Of a DNA stretch of 64,000 bases, positions 8,435 through 18,908 are shown piece by piece. The position numbers and the translations under genes are program-made. The notes under the pieces are model-generated. The model saw only the letters and a list, made by a program, of their open reading frames with translations, was not told the DNA's origin and did no database searches. This DNA is from a virus (lineage: Duplodnaviria; Caudoviricetes), in IMG/VR virus record IMGVR_UViG_2599185230_000001, positions 1-64,000 of that record. The stretch is one strand, 5' to 3'. Position 1 is the first letter of the stretch. Every line of letters begins with the position of its first letter.

Positions 8435-8605
8435 TTACTTCCCGAACTTCGTTTTCTTCTGCTTCCATTCATCCTGTAGCCTGGCAACCTCGTCCGTTTC
8501 GCCCAGGTCCTGAGCTTCACGGATTTTTTGCAGGTACTTTTCCCGCTCTTCTTCATAAGTTAGCTCAACCGTAAACTTATTACCTTCTTGTTTTACTTGC
8601 GGCAT
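8435..8605 (-). CDS. Small phage protein (56 aa, not in ORF track)
   Basis: MPQVKQEGNKFTVELTYEEEREKYLQK...; TAATG coupling to the upstream gene. Confidence 0.65.
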   Translation of the reverse strand: MPQVKQEGNKFTVELTYEEEREKYLQKIREAQDLGETDEVARLQDEWKQKKTKFGK

Positions 8606-8991
8606 TAGCTAACCACCACCTTGATACTAACATTATCGACACTAGAATTCGTTGTTCTAATTTCGAACTCACCAGGTGTCGTGCTTGAAAACTGGATTGT
8701 TGCTACCCCATCTACAGGGGCTATTTCAGCTACTTCACCAGCTACGCTCACCTTAAACGGTACGATGTTCGCCGGGTCATTAAAATGCCGCCCCTGCTGC
8801 AAATCAAACAATTGCCATTGTAAGACAACGTTAACCGTTTCGCCCAGGGTGGCGGTCGTTTTATCGGGTGTAAGCGCTATTTTTTCAGACGTTGTATAGG
8901 GTTCCTGAATGATTGCCTTACCGCCTGGTTGGTTGTCTGATATGATTTCTATAGTTTTTAACACTTGCCCATTAGCTAACACTTCAAACAT
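8605..8991 (-). CDS. Tail-associated beta-rich (Ig-like) protein
   Basis: Follows tail fibre; DGVATIQFSSTTPGEFEI pattern. Confidence 0.6.
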   Translation of the reverse strand: MFEVLANGQVLKTIEIISDNQPGGKAIIQEPYTTSEKIALTPDKTTATLGETVNVVLQWQLFDLQQGRHFNDPANIVPFKVSVAGEVAEIAPVDGVATIQFSSTTPGEFEIRTTNSSVDNVSIKVVVS

Positions 8992-9004
8992 AAATACCAC
9001 CCCT

Positions 9005-9931
9005 CTATGTTAAGGCATAATCAGCAAAGGCATCTAAAGAAAAGGAACCTTCAATGGTAGCACGTATTTCTACCTTTAATGACGAATTAAACTTTACTCT
9101 TGGAACTATATCCATTCTCCTGCTATTATCACTAAAACCTGTTATTATGTCAGCAATGTTATGATCAACTGTACTTGCAACACCATCTACCGTTATTCTA
9201 AAATCAAATTTGTCACTTGTTTGGGCTGAATGTATTCCAGCTACACGGTTTAAAACCCCACTACCTGACGCTATATTTAACACTGTATACCACGTATTCA
9301 AAGTAGGATTATCTATAGTAACTGCGGCTACTCGCGGCTGCGTAACAACCACTCCCACGTCTTTCCACCCCCCATCGTAATATTGGAGTTGACCATTCAC
9401 AATTTGGAAGTCAATCCCGTCTACTTTATCTGCATTTAAGTTAGTACACTTTGTTCCGTTACTTACGGGAATATTTCCGCTCGCATTGCCTGCGTTTTTA
9501 GCATCAAGCAGGTCGGCATCCAAACCACTGCCGGAACCATCAACAGTTTTAATTGCCGCTAGTATTTCAGCTGCCGTTTGATCACCTGTTGCTCCCGCTT
9601 CGATGCCGTTTAGCTTGCTTTTATCAGTAGCTGACATAAAACCAGCGACAGCGGTAGTTGCGGCTGGGTGTTCGGAGCCGCCTGCCCCGACGTGACTTTC
9701 AGGTGCTGCCCCTGCCTGTGCTGCTGTAACTTGGTGCGGGTTCGCAGTATCGGCCTTATGCGCATCAATATTCTGTTGCGCTGCTACCGCAGTTACCCCG
9801 GCAGCGGCAGCAGCATCAGCATTTTGTTTCATTTGTGTATCAACGACATCCCAGTTATCCTCGGTCTGAGTTATGTCCGGGAGATCTGTTAACTCCCTCT
9901 TTTTGAAACCGTAATTAGTTGTTTGTTGCAT
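9005..9931 (-). CDS. Tail fibre protein
   Basis: TTNYGFKK; NPHQVTAAQ; AGFMSATDKSKLNGI; DGSGSGLDADLLD; NLNADKVDG fibre motifs. Confidence 0.85.
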   Translation of the reverse strand: MQQTTNYGFKKRELTDLPDITQTEDNWDVVDTQMKQNADAAAAAGVTAVAAQQNIDAHKADTANPHQVTAAQAGAAPESHVGAGGSEHPAATTAVAGFMSATDKSKLNGIEAGATGDQTAAEILAAIKTVDGSGSGLDADLLDAKNAGNASGNIPVSNGTKCTNLNADKVDGIDFQIVNGQLQYYDGGWKDVGVVVTQPRVAAVTIDNPTLNTWYTVLNIASGSGVLNRVAGIHSAQTSDKFDFRITVDGVASTVDHNIADIITGFSDNSRRMDIVPRVKFNSSLKVEIRATIEGSFSLDAFADYALT

Positions 9932-9942
9932 TGTATCCCTCC

Positions 9943-10878
9943 TTACGCATCAGTCACATCAACCGTAATAGTGTAGGATTGTCCTACATTAACCGGATTA
10001 GGGTTAATAGTTACAGCGGTTACCACTGGCGCCGAAGTATCTAGATTTACTGTACGGATAATTGATGTTGTCTTTCCTGCCCGGTCAGTAGCTGTCACAG
10101 CTATTGTGTTTGCACCCTCGACCAGGGTTAAGTTTTTACTAAAGTTACCTTCTGTGTCAATTGTAATAGTTCCCTGGTCAACGTTATTTAACTTAATAGT
10201 TACCGTGACGGGGCTACTGGTTTCATCATTGGTGTTACCGGTAACAGTCAAAGATGATGTATTCTGCCAAGAGTTATCCGCAGGATTGGTTATTGTTAAT
10301 GTTGGCGGCACTGTGTCAACTGTAAATGTCCTACTTGCTTGTGTCGCAGCGTTACTATCATTATCCTGCACATTTATGGTAATGGTGTGGCTTCCATCGG
10401 ACAAAGGAGTTTGCGGAGTGTAAGTGCAATCATAACCACCTGATACTGTAGTTACGCTCATGCCTGGCGACGTATTAGTAATCGCTGTTCCGCCGTCAAT
10501 TTTAAGTTGCAAGCTACTGATTTTAACCCCGGAACCGTTTGTTTCATCACGTAACCGGAATGTTATCGCAGGTGTGTTGTTTGATAAAAATGCGCTGGCC
10601 GCGGGGGTAGTGATAGTAATAGTTGGCTTGGTCGTCTCTTTAACAAACAGTTTTAATTGACCGCCAAGACTTGAATCAGTATCGTCAACTGTTGTAATAT
10701 TACCGGCTAAATCTTTTGCCTCTATAGTTACTGGATAATAGTGGCCAGCATTTACGTTAAAACTTGTTATATTAGGAGCTGCTATTGTTCCCTCATATTT
10801 ACCCGTGCTTTGATTTTTTGTTAATGTGACCCATGTTCCGTTTATTTTTGCTCGCACCGTATCAACTGCCATTTTCAT
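9943..10878 (-). CDS. Bacterial Ig-like repeat structural protein
   Basis: Thr-rich tandem Big-type domains (LSDGSHTIT, DTVPPTLTITNP, L.EGANTI.VTATD.AG). Confidence 0.8.
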   Translation of the reverse strand: MKMAVDTVRAKINGTWVTLTKNQSTGKYEGTIAAPNITSFNVNAGHYYPVTIEAKDLAGNITTVDDTDSSLGGQLKLFVKETTKPTITITTPAASAFLSNNTPAITFRLRDETNGSGVKISSLQLKIDGGTAITNTSPGMSVTTVSGGYDCTYTPQTPLSDGSHTITINVQDNDSNAATQASRTFTVDTVPPTLTITNPADNSWQNTSSLTVTGNTNDETSSPVTVTIKLNNVDQGTITIDTEGNFSKNLTLVEGANTIAVTATDRAGKTTSIIRTVNLDTSAPVVTAVTINPNPVNVGQSYTITVDVTDA

Positions 10879-10887
10879 CCCCCTTTC

Positions 10888-11145
10888 CTAAAAATCTTTT
10901 AATTCTTGCCATGAGCTTAAACCATTTTTAACATCATCCCAGGTAGCATAAAGACTGTATACTCCTGCCCAATTGTTTTCCACTAAATCAACTTTTATGT
11001 CGACCGATTGGCTAATTAAAGTTGTTTGTGTCAGCTCCCGCCAATCAGAACAGTTGTTTTTCAAGTTTTGCCATGTCAAATCCCTTTTCCTTACCTCATC
11101 CCAGGCATAAGTTGTTTGTAGCTGGACGTCAATTATCTTTATCAA
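10888..11145 (-). CDS. Small Trp-repeat tail protein
   Basis: Repeated TW..VK....W..L motif. Confidence 0.65.
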   Translation of the reverse strand: MIKIIDVQLQTTYAWDEVRKRDLTWQNLKNNCSDWRELTQTTLISQSVDIKVDLVENNWAGVYSLYATWDDVKNGLSSWQELKDF

Positions 11146-11156
11146 GATTATCCCCC

Positions 11157-11918
11157 CTACTGTGGCGGGATGTAGTTTTTAACAACTTGCCAGGTTCCAG
11201 ACTGAGCTACGTTTGCCCAATCTGCAAAGTTTTGTTTGATATCATTCCATGTTGAGTACCAGCGGCGGACAGATAAACCAATATGAGTCGGTACCTGGGG
11301 CTTTAAAGCTCGTTCAACATCCGGAAATAAGTACACATCACCATTATTCGGTGGTAGAATTTTTACATTCAAAACAGAATTTTCAAAGGTTACTATCGCA
11401 TCGCCGCCGGTAAAAGCATTGACCATAGTTTTTATTTTTGCTTCATTAAGTTTACCTTGTCCTCTAAGAGTAGCAATCAAAAATGATTTCCGTTGATCAA
11501 GCGTGCCGGTAGGGACAATTTTTAATCTTCTTTCCCATTCTTGTATTCGAGTTTCAGAAGCTGACATTATGTAGGCATCATTTATTGCAATCTGTATATT
11601 ATCCAGAAAACGGTCTATTTCGTGCCCCTGACTTTCTAATATGTTCCGTATTAGAATAGAATCATGTAAAAACCTCGGTAGATATTGCAGCATTCGCTGC
11701 GCAGCGATACTTTTACCCAGTACAATTAATTTAAGCAATTCACCAAGCTCTCGGTCATCAGTACCTATTATGGTAATTAAACCGTTATCGGATTGCACTG
11801 TTATTGTAATGGGATATACTCCACCATAGGCAGGCGCAGCAATAAGCTTCTCCCAGGTGCCATTGCTCTGTTCCTCCAGGTAAATATCCTGGCCGTCTAT
11901 CGTTACTTTTACGATCAT
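11157..11918 (-). CDS. Baseplate protein XkdU/YmfQ (DUF2313) with N-terminal Ig-like extension
   Basis: YLP.F...WE..L.I....TL.QR...P.H; follows baseplate J. Confidence 0.75.
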   Translation of the reverse strand: MIVKVTIDGQDIYLEEQSNGTWEKLIAAPAYGGVYPITITVQSDNGLITIIGTDDRELGELLKLIVLGKSIAAQRMLQYLPRFLHDSILIRNILESQGHEIDRFLDNIQIAINDAYIMSASETRIQEWERRLKIVPTGTLDQRKSFLIATLRGQGKLNEAKIKTMVNAFTGGDAIVTFENSVLNVKILPPNNGDVYLFPDVERALKPQVPTHIGLSVRRWYSTWNDIKQNFADWANVAQSGTWQVVKNYIPPQ

Positions 11919-13000
11919 GTAACCACCGTCCATGTCGTAGTGCCCAATTCCGGTATCTGCTCAGACGTAAGAGTGATATCTATAGTAGCTCCATTAAGTA
12001 ATAGGTTTTGGACCTGATCAACTGCTGACACCGCAAGTATGGCAGCCCCTATCCCTATATAAGTTACTGTATTTTTAACGTACGCCAACTCTGATAAATA
12101 GGAAATTAACGCATCATCAACACCACTAAGTTCGCTGTATCCTTCCGCGAGTACTAAATTGGCACTAATTTCAATATTAACCCTATTTGCCGATGTAACG
12201 GTTACCTTTGATCCGATTGGGGCCACACCGTTGCCAAGACCCTCAGATCCGGGGTCCATGTACTCCTGAAAGTCTGCTATCAATCCCGCGCTTGCAACTT
12301 GGTTTTCCGCATCTAATATTGATAACTTTACGGTATTAGGCCCATTCCAAAGCGGAAATACTTTTGCGCGTCCAATGCCAGGGTATTCTCTTGCCCATTT
12401 TTTATACTGTGCTATATTTCCATCTATTGCTTTATTACCTATTTCATCGAAATAACGATCTCTGAAATTATCATCTTTTTCCTCATTCTCACCTTGGTAA
12501 GTAGGTTCTGGATTATTTACCGATGTAACCCCAGGAATAGGTGCTGATAAAACTGTAATACTATTGGCTGGAACATTGCCGTCAGCTCCGGCCTCAATCG
12601 CTGTTATATTCGCTAGAGCTGACCCGGAACTATCAATTACCACTTCTTCATCTACTACATACTCCACGCCGCTTTGTGTGGATACGATTGATCCCGCCGG
12701 TATAACAGCCCCTTCCGTGCCATTAAATACTACTTTTCCGATTGCAGGGCTTGCTGGAACCCTTACAATACCCATTTCCGCTGCCCTTTTATCTAAATTC
12801 TCCCCGTCGGCATCTCCTGCAAAGGTCTGCTGATAGGCTATATCTAAATTTATATATGCCTGAGCCAATTCAATAGCAACTGGGCATAAGGCGTCCCAAA
12901 TATAAGATCCTTCTGATTTATCAATATCATCTGGCACCCTAGCCAACATCCGGGCCAAAATCTTCTCTTCGGTTTCATCAAGGAAATTCGGCAAGGGCAT
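11915..13000 (-). CDS. Baseplate J / XkdT protein
   Basis: D..EGS..WDAL.P.A.E; LD.RA.E.G..R; G..GNV; E.D...R.R; GN...Y..WA. Confidence 0.9.
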   Translation of the reverse strand: MPLPNFLDETEEKILARMLARVPDDIDKSEGSYIWDALCPVAIELAQAYINLDIAYQQTFAGDADGENLDKRAAEMGIVRVPASPAIGKVVFNGTEGAVIPAGSIVSTQSGVEYVVDEEVVIDSSGSALANITAIEAGADGNVPANSITVLSAPIPGVTSVNNPEPTYQGENEEKDDNFRDRYFDEIGNKAIDGNIAQYKKWAREYPGIGRAKVFPLWNGPNTVKLSILDAENQVASAGLIADFQEYMDPGSEGLGNGVAPIGSKVTVTSANRVNIEISANLVLAEGYSELSGVDDALISYLSELAYVKNTVTYIGIGAAILAVSAVDQVQNLLLNGATIDITLTSEQIPELGTTTWTVVT

Positions 13001-13455
13001 TATCCACTCACCACCTGTGTTGTAATTTCTACTTTGTCACCCCGTACGGTTATTGCATCAAACGTTACATATACAGTGCCACTCTCCCAGACGAACTTAA
13101 AATTTATTATATCTGCCGTACGTGGGTCAACCATTAAGGTTTCAGTGGCTATTCGTTTTATCTCGCTTTCGTTTCCAGCCCGGGTAAGGTTGCGTCGAAT
13201 TAAGTCCTCAAACTCCTGGCCGTAACTGCGGCTGTATATAAGATGCCGATAACGCGACGTTAATAGCGCTTTATAGCACCATTCAACATATGCCTGGATA
13301 TCGTCAGCCGTAGCAACTTTTCCCGTCGTAGTCTGCACAAAATCCCCTTTTTCAAAATCAAAGCGCCAGGACCTGGGGAATTTCACCTGGCCAGTACTCT
13401 GTTCAGTTATTTCTTGACTCGATGCAATCGCTTCCGTTGGGAAAAGGTTGGGCAA
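13000..13455 (-). CDS. XkdS/DUF2634 baseplate wedge protein
   Basis: W.FDF..GDF; KAL.T.RY...IYS..YG.E; E.L..DPR. Confidence 0.85.
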   Translation of the reverse strand: MPNLFPTEAIASSQEITEQSTGQVKFPRSWRFDFEKGDFVQTTTGKVATADDIQAYVEWCYKALLTSRYRHLIYSRSYGQEFEDLIRRNLTRAGNESEIKRIATETLMVDPRTADIINFKFVWESGTVYVTFDAITVRGDKVEITTQVVSG

Positions 13456-13456
13456 A

Positions 13457-13855
13457 TTAACTCACCACCTTGGCCACAATAACAGCATCCTGGCCGCCGT
13501 TAACCGGTACTGCAAGTACCCGGTCCCCCGGCTTAAGGCCGGTCTTTAGTTCCAAGCGTACCTGATCAATTATTGACGCCTCAAATTCAAACGTTGCCGT
13601 TCCCGTAACTGCCCCGCCAAGGCTATCCTTTAATCCTGATTGAGTTCCGGTAATAGAAAAGTCCGGTAGGTACATCTTAACCAGCCAATCAGCAAGCAAG
13701 TAATCCTGTATTTCATGCTTGAATTTATCCAGTTTAATACCAGTTGCAGTTATGGTGCCCAATTCGCACGGAACCCCGGCAACAGCCTTTGCGGCATTGC
13801 CGGTCATCCGCATTTCCAGCACAGAGACCAGCTCTTTAAACGGGTCTGGTGGCAT
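13457..13855 (-). CDS. XkdR/DUF2577-like baseplate spike protein
   Basis: ELGTI...GLKPGDRVL; position. Confidence 0.7.
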   Translation of the reverse strand: MPPDPFKELVSVLEMRMTGNAAKAVAGVPCELGTITATGIKLDKFKHEIQDYLLADWLVKMYLPDFSITGTQSGLKDSLGGAVTGTATFEFEASIIDQVRLELKTGLKPGDRVLAVPVNGGQDAVIVAKVVS

Positions 13856-14837
13856 AGAAGTTCCTCCTTACATAAGATTCTTCGGCCAATTCCAAAGTCA
13901 TACGCCCAGGACTGCCCAACTCGTGCTTCACTGAAACAACCAGCAAAGGCCAATCGTTTAAATGAACTTTGTCACCAGCGCGGATAGTGTTAATATCAAT
14001 ACCAATTACAGGAATGGTTTGCTGTACCCCGGCAAGCATTTCTTTTGCAGATTGTTTGGCATCCGCAACGGTAGTTATTTTACTGTCCTGGATGACTTTT
14101 TGAATGGTACCGAGCTTGGCGGTATCACCCTTTTCCAGTGCTAGTACCGGTGACCGTCCTTCCTCCTGGCCGGCGCCCAATACTTTTACTTGAGTGACGG
14201 CCCCCTCCAGGGTCCGGCGTTGATTTACTTCTTCTACATTTTGTCCAGTTTCCAATGCCCAAACCGTCTTATTGGCACCAAGTTCAAACAGTTCAAGACC
14301 AGACGGCGTCATCCGGGGGCGATACATCTTGCCGCCCTTTTTTACCGTTTCTTGTAAATCAGTTAAAATCATGTTATATATGGGCTGAGCCCTATATATA
14401 GCCTTGGCCAGTTGCACCCCGGTATTTGGTATTTGACCAAGAGGTATTCCCCAATCAGCAGCATATTTTTTCAGGCGCTGCGCAGCGGTCTGGCCGGCAG
14501 GGAAGAGGTATTCGTCTTCGGATTTTGCTATATATATAGACTGATCATAAACTATTACTGGTAGGTGTTTTTGGCCCCGAGTAATGCTGTCACAATCCCA
14601 GACAACTCCTGGATGGAGAAGATAGACCATGCTTGACCCGCCAAATGGTATTCCGGAAACACGTATTTCCTGACCTGGGTTTATTCCCGGAAAATCAGGT
14701 GTTACAACAATTTTTACAGTAGCCTTATATGCTATTTCGCCAAGCGAGTCCTCCAGGGTAATACTCTCCAGCAGTTCACGGAGGTAATACCTGTTTGCCA
14801 GTACGACTTCATATTTGTTTAATCCCGGTGAAATCAT
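13836..14837 (-). CDS. XkdQ/YqbQ baseplate hub protein
   Basis: Size, position after LysM protein, IRAGD.V motif. Confidence 0.8.
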   Translation of the reverse strand: MISPGLNKYEVVLANRYYLRELLESITLEDSLGEIAYKATVKIVVTPDFPGINPGQEIRVSGIPFGGSSMVYLLHPGVVWDCDSITRGQKHLPVIVYDQSIYIAKSEDEYLFPAGQTAAQRLKKYAADWGIPLGQIPNTGVQLAKAIYRAQPIYNMILTDLQETVKKGGKMYRPRMTPSGLELFELGANKTVWALETGQNVEEVNQRRTLEGAVTQVKVLGAGQEEGRSPVLALEKGDTAKLGTIQKVIQDSKITTVADAKQSAKEMLAGVQQTIPVIGIDINTIRAGDKVHLNDWPLLVVSVKHELGSPGRMTLELAEESYVRRNFYATRPV

Positions 14838-15490
14838 GCCGGCATCACCAGTTTCATGCCCGGGATGATTAGATCCTTATTGGGTCCGATTGTTTCTTTG
14901 TTGGCCTCATAGATTGCTTGCCATTTGGAACCGTCTCCATATGCCAGCTTTGCTATGGCCCATAAAGTATCTCCAGGCTTTACAGTTTGTATTTTGGGTA
15001 CCGGCTTAACGTCTACCCTTGGCCTTGGTTGGTTCTGGGCAACGCCAGCTGTAGAAGCGGGGAAGGCCGCCTCTGCAGTTGTCCTAACCTTAACCTCACG
15101 CCAGGTGCGGCAGACCAATTCATAATATACGTCCCCCGGTTCACCACCTTTAAATGTGGTGTTATGCACAGCTAACAGCACCAGGACATTAATAATTGTG
15201 TCGGTAATTAGTAAACGGATAGGCTTTTCGCTATTCATCCAGGACGTAAGTTGGTTCATGCCTTCCTGCGGATCTGGAATATCCTGATAGCTGCAATATG
15301 AATCGTAATAGGCAGGAAAAAAAGAAGAGAAGGAAATCTCCTTCACTTTTTCACCTGTGGGAAAATCAACTTCTCCCAGATTTATGATATTGATCGTTTC
15401 ATATTGTTTTTCCCGCCGGATAGTAACTTCAGACGGATTTACCGGTAACTGAAGCTGCGGACCGGCGGGGTCTATGAGGTAGAACTCCAT
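14834..15490 (-). CDS. XkdP-like LysM tail protein
   Basis: LPVNP; SFFP; TVKPGDTLWAIAK..YGDGSKW..IY.AN. Confidence 0.9.
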   Translation of the reverse strand: MEFYLIDPAGPQLQLPVNPSEVTIRREKQYETINIINLGEVDFPTGEKVKEISFSSFFPAYYDSYCSYQDIPDPQEGMNQLTSWMNSEKPIRLLITDTIINVLVLLAVHNTTFKGGEPGDVYYELVCRTWREVKVRTTAEAAFPASTAGVAQNQPRPRVDVKPVPKIQTVKPGDTLWAIAKLAYGDGSKWQAIYEANKETIGPNKDLIIPGMKLVMPA

Positions 15491-15527
15491 TAAAACCACC
15501 AAGTTTCATTGTTTCTAGTAATAATGA

Positions 15528-16157
15528 TTAACTTGTTTTAACCAGCTTAATATAAACAAAGCTAACCTTTGATGTTTTACCTTCGTCTACCGTTCGCCAA
15601 TCATCGCAGTTAACCATAACATCATATTCCCTCAAAGGCGAACCATAATCAAAATATTTAAAAAGTCTTTGAGCCGAAGTACCCTCTGCGCCGTCCACAC
15701 CTTCAAGGCCAAGTTCCGTTAACAATTTCATTACATCATCAGGAACTTCTTTTAGAGCATATTCATCACTCGGGCCATAAACATAGTCTTCTTTTGGTGT
15801 TATATCAACAGATGCTGGTAGATCCATGAACAGCGTTATTTCAATATCGAATTCTGGGGTCTGATAAACCAACACTACCGTATCTGAATCTTTATTTTCT
15901 TGCCTACTAGGTTTTCCCAAGAGAGAAACTATATCGTTATAATTTTTATTAAGAATTTCCGGTACATCAAAAACTAAATCAATTTGTGGTTCGCTTTTTG
16001 GAGTGTTAACGTTACTCTCTACGTTACTACTAACCTCTGTGTCATTAGTCGAATTGCTTTCGGCATTTTTATCCGTATTTTGCACCTTTCCACATCCAGA
16101 TACTATAAGCATTAAAATAGCAGCCGTCAATAATAGATACCATAATTTGCTTTTCAT
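15528..16157 (-). CDS. Acidic lipoprotein (moron)
   Basis: Signal peptide with lipobox VSGC, then Ser/Asn linker. Confidence 0.8.
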   Translation of the reverse strand: MKSKLWYLLLTAAILMLIVSGCGKVQNTDKNAESNSTNDTEVSSNVESNVNTPKSEPQIDLVFDVPEILNKNYNDIVSLLGKPSRQENKDSDTVVLVYQTPEFDIEITLFMDLPASVDITPKEDYVYGPSDEYALKEVPDDVMKLLTELGLEGVDGAEGTSAQRLFKYFDYGSPLREYDVMVNCDDWRTVDEGKTSKVSFVYIKLVKTS

Positions 16158-16220
16158 TGCACAACCTCCATTCTAAAAAATTGGATAGAAACTTCTATAC
16201 AAAGTTAATTTTTACCTCTT

Positions 16221-18908
16221 TTATTTCGGGATATTATTTAATATTGACTTTAACTTTTTCACAATTTCACTGGCCACCTGCTCTACAATTCCATCTAACT
16301 CCTCTTTAGAGTTCACTATAATTTGTCCAACAAGTCCGGCAAGATCAAAGTTAAGATATATCTTCGGAGCACCGCTAACAGCATCCGTAGCCGGCATAGG
16401 TGATGGAACGGTACCAGAAAAACCACCCATTGCATACTGCTTAACCCCAATTACTTCCCCAGCCTGTTGCCAAAGTCTAAATGCCCGGTCTCTTTTAGTT
16501 GGCGATAATGGAATAATAGCCTCCGGTCCGGCCTCGGCCACCAGACCTAAGTGTGGTCGTGTGAGAATGCCTCCAAAAGCATGAGCTTCATAATCAAAGT
16601 GCTTAAAATCAGCAACACTCGTTTTGATAGGTTCTAAAGCTTTTATCCCAGAAAATGCAATTAACTTTGCACTAGCGAAATCTACAGCTTGTGCTAAAGT
16701 CGTAAATGCCTGCATTAAATTATTTTGCGAGTTAATCACAAAGCCATTTGACGTAATAATATCTCCCTGGCTATTCAGGTAAACCTGGCCTGTTTGAGCA
16801 ATGCGCTCCTGCTGTTTACTTGCAGCCTCACCAGACTTAGCTAGTTTTTCATTAGCATCAGCAGCAGGAGATTTATCAAAAAGTTTCCCTGCAGTCCATT
16901 TGCCGCCAATATAACCAGCTAAACCACCCAAAGCGCCTCCAATGGCTGTACCGATACCAGGTAGGATTGCCGTACCAATGCCAGCACCTATTTCAGCACC
17001 TGCCCATCCTCCGCCCAGACCAAACGCCGCCTTGCCAGTAGCAGTAACTTTATTTTCCGCTTGCGCAATACCAACCGCCTCACCGGCAATTGCCAAAGGC
17101 CAGGCTAGCTTACCGATTACCTTACTTGCCGTTGATAAACCGCTACCCAACGAACCTAAAACTCTACTTGATGTTGCAATTTCCGCTGCAGGAGTAGCAG
17201 CCCCTGATGAGGCGGCTGGTAGTACTTCCCGAAGGATATTGCCAGATGGCCCATATATTATTCTTGAATTTTGCGCTGATGTGTTTGCTGCAGCTGCTAC
17301 TACCGAACTCCTTGAGGCAGTATTAGCAGCATTAGCCACCATGTCTGTGGTTCTGGAAGCAGCGTTCACGGCCCCTGCACCATATGTTGCCCTGGCTATA
17401 CTGGCAGCCAACGGATTAGTTGTTTCCAGAGCGGCAATCCTTGCAGCATTTCTTGTGTTCATCCAGGTATTGATCGTTCTACCTGCGTTCGCAAGCCCCC
17501 TACCGGCACCCCATGCGCCACGCAATACCATGCCGCCACCGAGCAATCCGGCACCCATGGCAAGTCCGGCAGAACCGATAATATTACCATGTAGAGCTGC
17601 ATCCACAGATCCTTTAGCCATCCCACCCAATGCTGTAATCCATGCTCTAGTTGCTATCTCGGCCAGCTTAATAAATAATTCTTCAACTCGCTTTCCTCCC
17701 GGTCCGGATACCCAGGTGTTCATATCATCAACCATCTTATCAAGGGCTTTTGAGATATCCTTCATAATGAAATCTACTTTGCCGTCAAAACTTAACTCCT
17801 GAAATTCCGGATTATCAAGATACCTCACCCGGATATACTCGAAGGCCCTTTCCATTTTCGAAAGAACTGCATCTGCCGCTTGGCCACCAAATTTGACCAA
17901 GCTATCTTTCCATCTTTCTATCGTCTTTTCATTTTTATCAAACCAATCAGTTATTTTTCGGAGGCGTGGATTTATCTCTTCTAGAGATCCAACGCCAGCT
18001 TGACGGAATAATGTCTTGATTGTATCAGTAATGGTGCTAAATCGTCCGGTAGCTGTTTGTGACAGCTTTTCAGCGCCACCAGCAAATTTTTGCTCGGCTT
18101 TTTCAAGGAATCCAACCCAACCACCCAGGGTTTTAAATTCTTCCTGGGTCATTTTCATGCTAAATTCCTTCATACGCTCAAACTCACCCATTTGCGCATC
18201 AGCAAGCGCTTCCATGGCATCCTGTACAGTTTTTCCCGGTGTTAATGCAGCCATATCTCCTGCCAGAGATACCATCTGTTTGGCCATTGATATATCACCG
18301 CCGCTAATACCTATACCGCGGCTCATGGCTGGAAATAAATCTCCCATTTCAAAAGGAGTCTTGGCAGCAAAACTATTCAACCAATTAGTTACTTCTTGTG
18401 CTGCTTTCTTATTACCGCCCAGCCAATGCTCCATACTAACTTGTTGGATCTCAAAATCCATAGCTGCGCCGATAGTTAGTTTGCCAACTCCATACACCCC
18501 GGCGCCAGCCCCTAACAAACCAAGTGGACTGATAAGCTTAGTAATTATTCCACCGGTCATGTCTCTAGCTTGAATAGCAACTGTAACAGTCCTGTGTCCA
18601 ATACGATCTATAGTGTTTATAATTCTCCTGGCAGGCTCGGTGAAGCGGTCCCTTAACCGGACGAATGGATTAGCTTCCATCCTATTTAGATTGCGGTTTT
18701 GTGATTCGATAATCCTGGCTGATCTTGTATAATGATCTTCCAGCCTGACGGATGGGGTAGCTACGGACCTGTTTAGAACTTGCGATTGCCTTGTAATTCT
18801 TTCAAAAACTGTACGTAATCTTTCTTCTGCAGCCTGTGCCCGTCTGATTGCTTCCTCATCTTGAACGTCGATAACAATGTCATACCGGTAAATCTCTCTT
18901 TCAGCCAT
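16221..18908 (-). CDS. Tail tape measure protein
   Basis: 895 aa, Ala/Gly rich; A.KTPFE; A.GG...AEAGPEAIIPL. Confidence 0.9.
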   Translation of the reverse strand: MAEREIYRYDIVIDVQDEEAIRRAQAAEERLRTVFERITRQSQVLNRSVATPSVRLEDHYTRSARIIESQNRNLNRMEANPFVRLRDRFTEPARRIINTIDRIGHRTVTVAIQARDMTGGIITKLISPLGLLGAGAGVYGVGKLTIGAAMDFEIQQVSMEHWLGGNKKAAQEVTNWLNSFAAKTPFEMGDLFPAMSRGIGISGGDISMAKQMVSLAGDMAALTPGKTVQDAMEALADAQMGEFERMKEFSMKMTQEEFKTLGGWVGFLEKAEQKFAGGAEKLSQTATGRFSTITDTIKTLFRQAGVGSLEEINPRLRKITDWFDKNEKTIERWKDSLVKFGGQAADAVLSKMERAFEYIRVRYLDNPEFQELSFDGKVDFIMKDISKALDKMVDDMNTWVSGPGGKRVEELFIKLAEIATRAWITALGGMAKGSVDAALHGNIIGSAGLAMGAGLLGGGMVLRGAWGAGRGLANAGRTINTWMNTRNAARIAALETTNPLAASIARATYGAGAVNAASRTTDMVANAANTASRSSVVAAAANTSAQNSRIIYGPSGNILREVLPAASSGAATPAAEIATSSRVLGSLGSGLSTASKVIGKLAWPLAIAGEAVGIAQAENKVTATGKAAFGLGGGWAGAEIGAGIGTAILPGIGTAIGGALGGLAGYIGGKWTAGKLFDKSPAADANEKLAKSGEAASKQQERIAQTGQVYLNSQGDIITSNGFVINSQNNLMQAFTTLAQAVDFASAKLIAFSGIKALEPIKTSVADFKHFDYEAHAFGGILTRPHLGLVAEAGPEAIIPLSPTKRDRAFRLWQQAGEVIGVKQYAMGGFSGTVPSPMPATDAVSGAPKIYLNFDLAGLVGQIIVNSKEELDGIVEQVASEIVKKLKSILNNIPK

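Noticed and set aside
8032-11145. Diversity-generating retroelement or invertible tail-fibre (gin-type) cassette
   Set aside because: No reverse transcriptase or invertase ORF; no TR/VR pair or flanking inverted repeats noticed.
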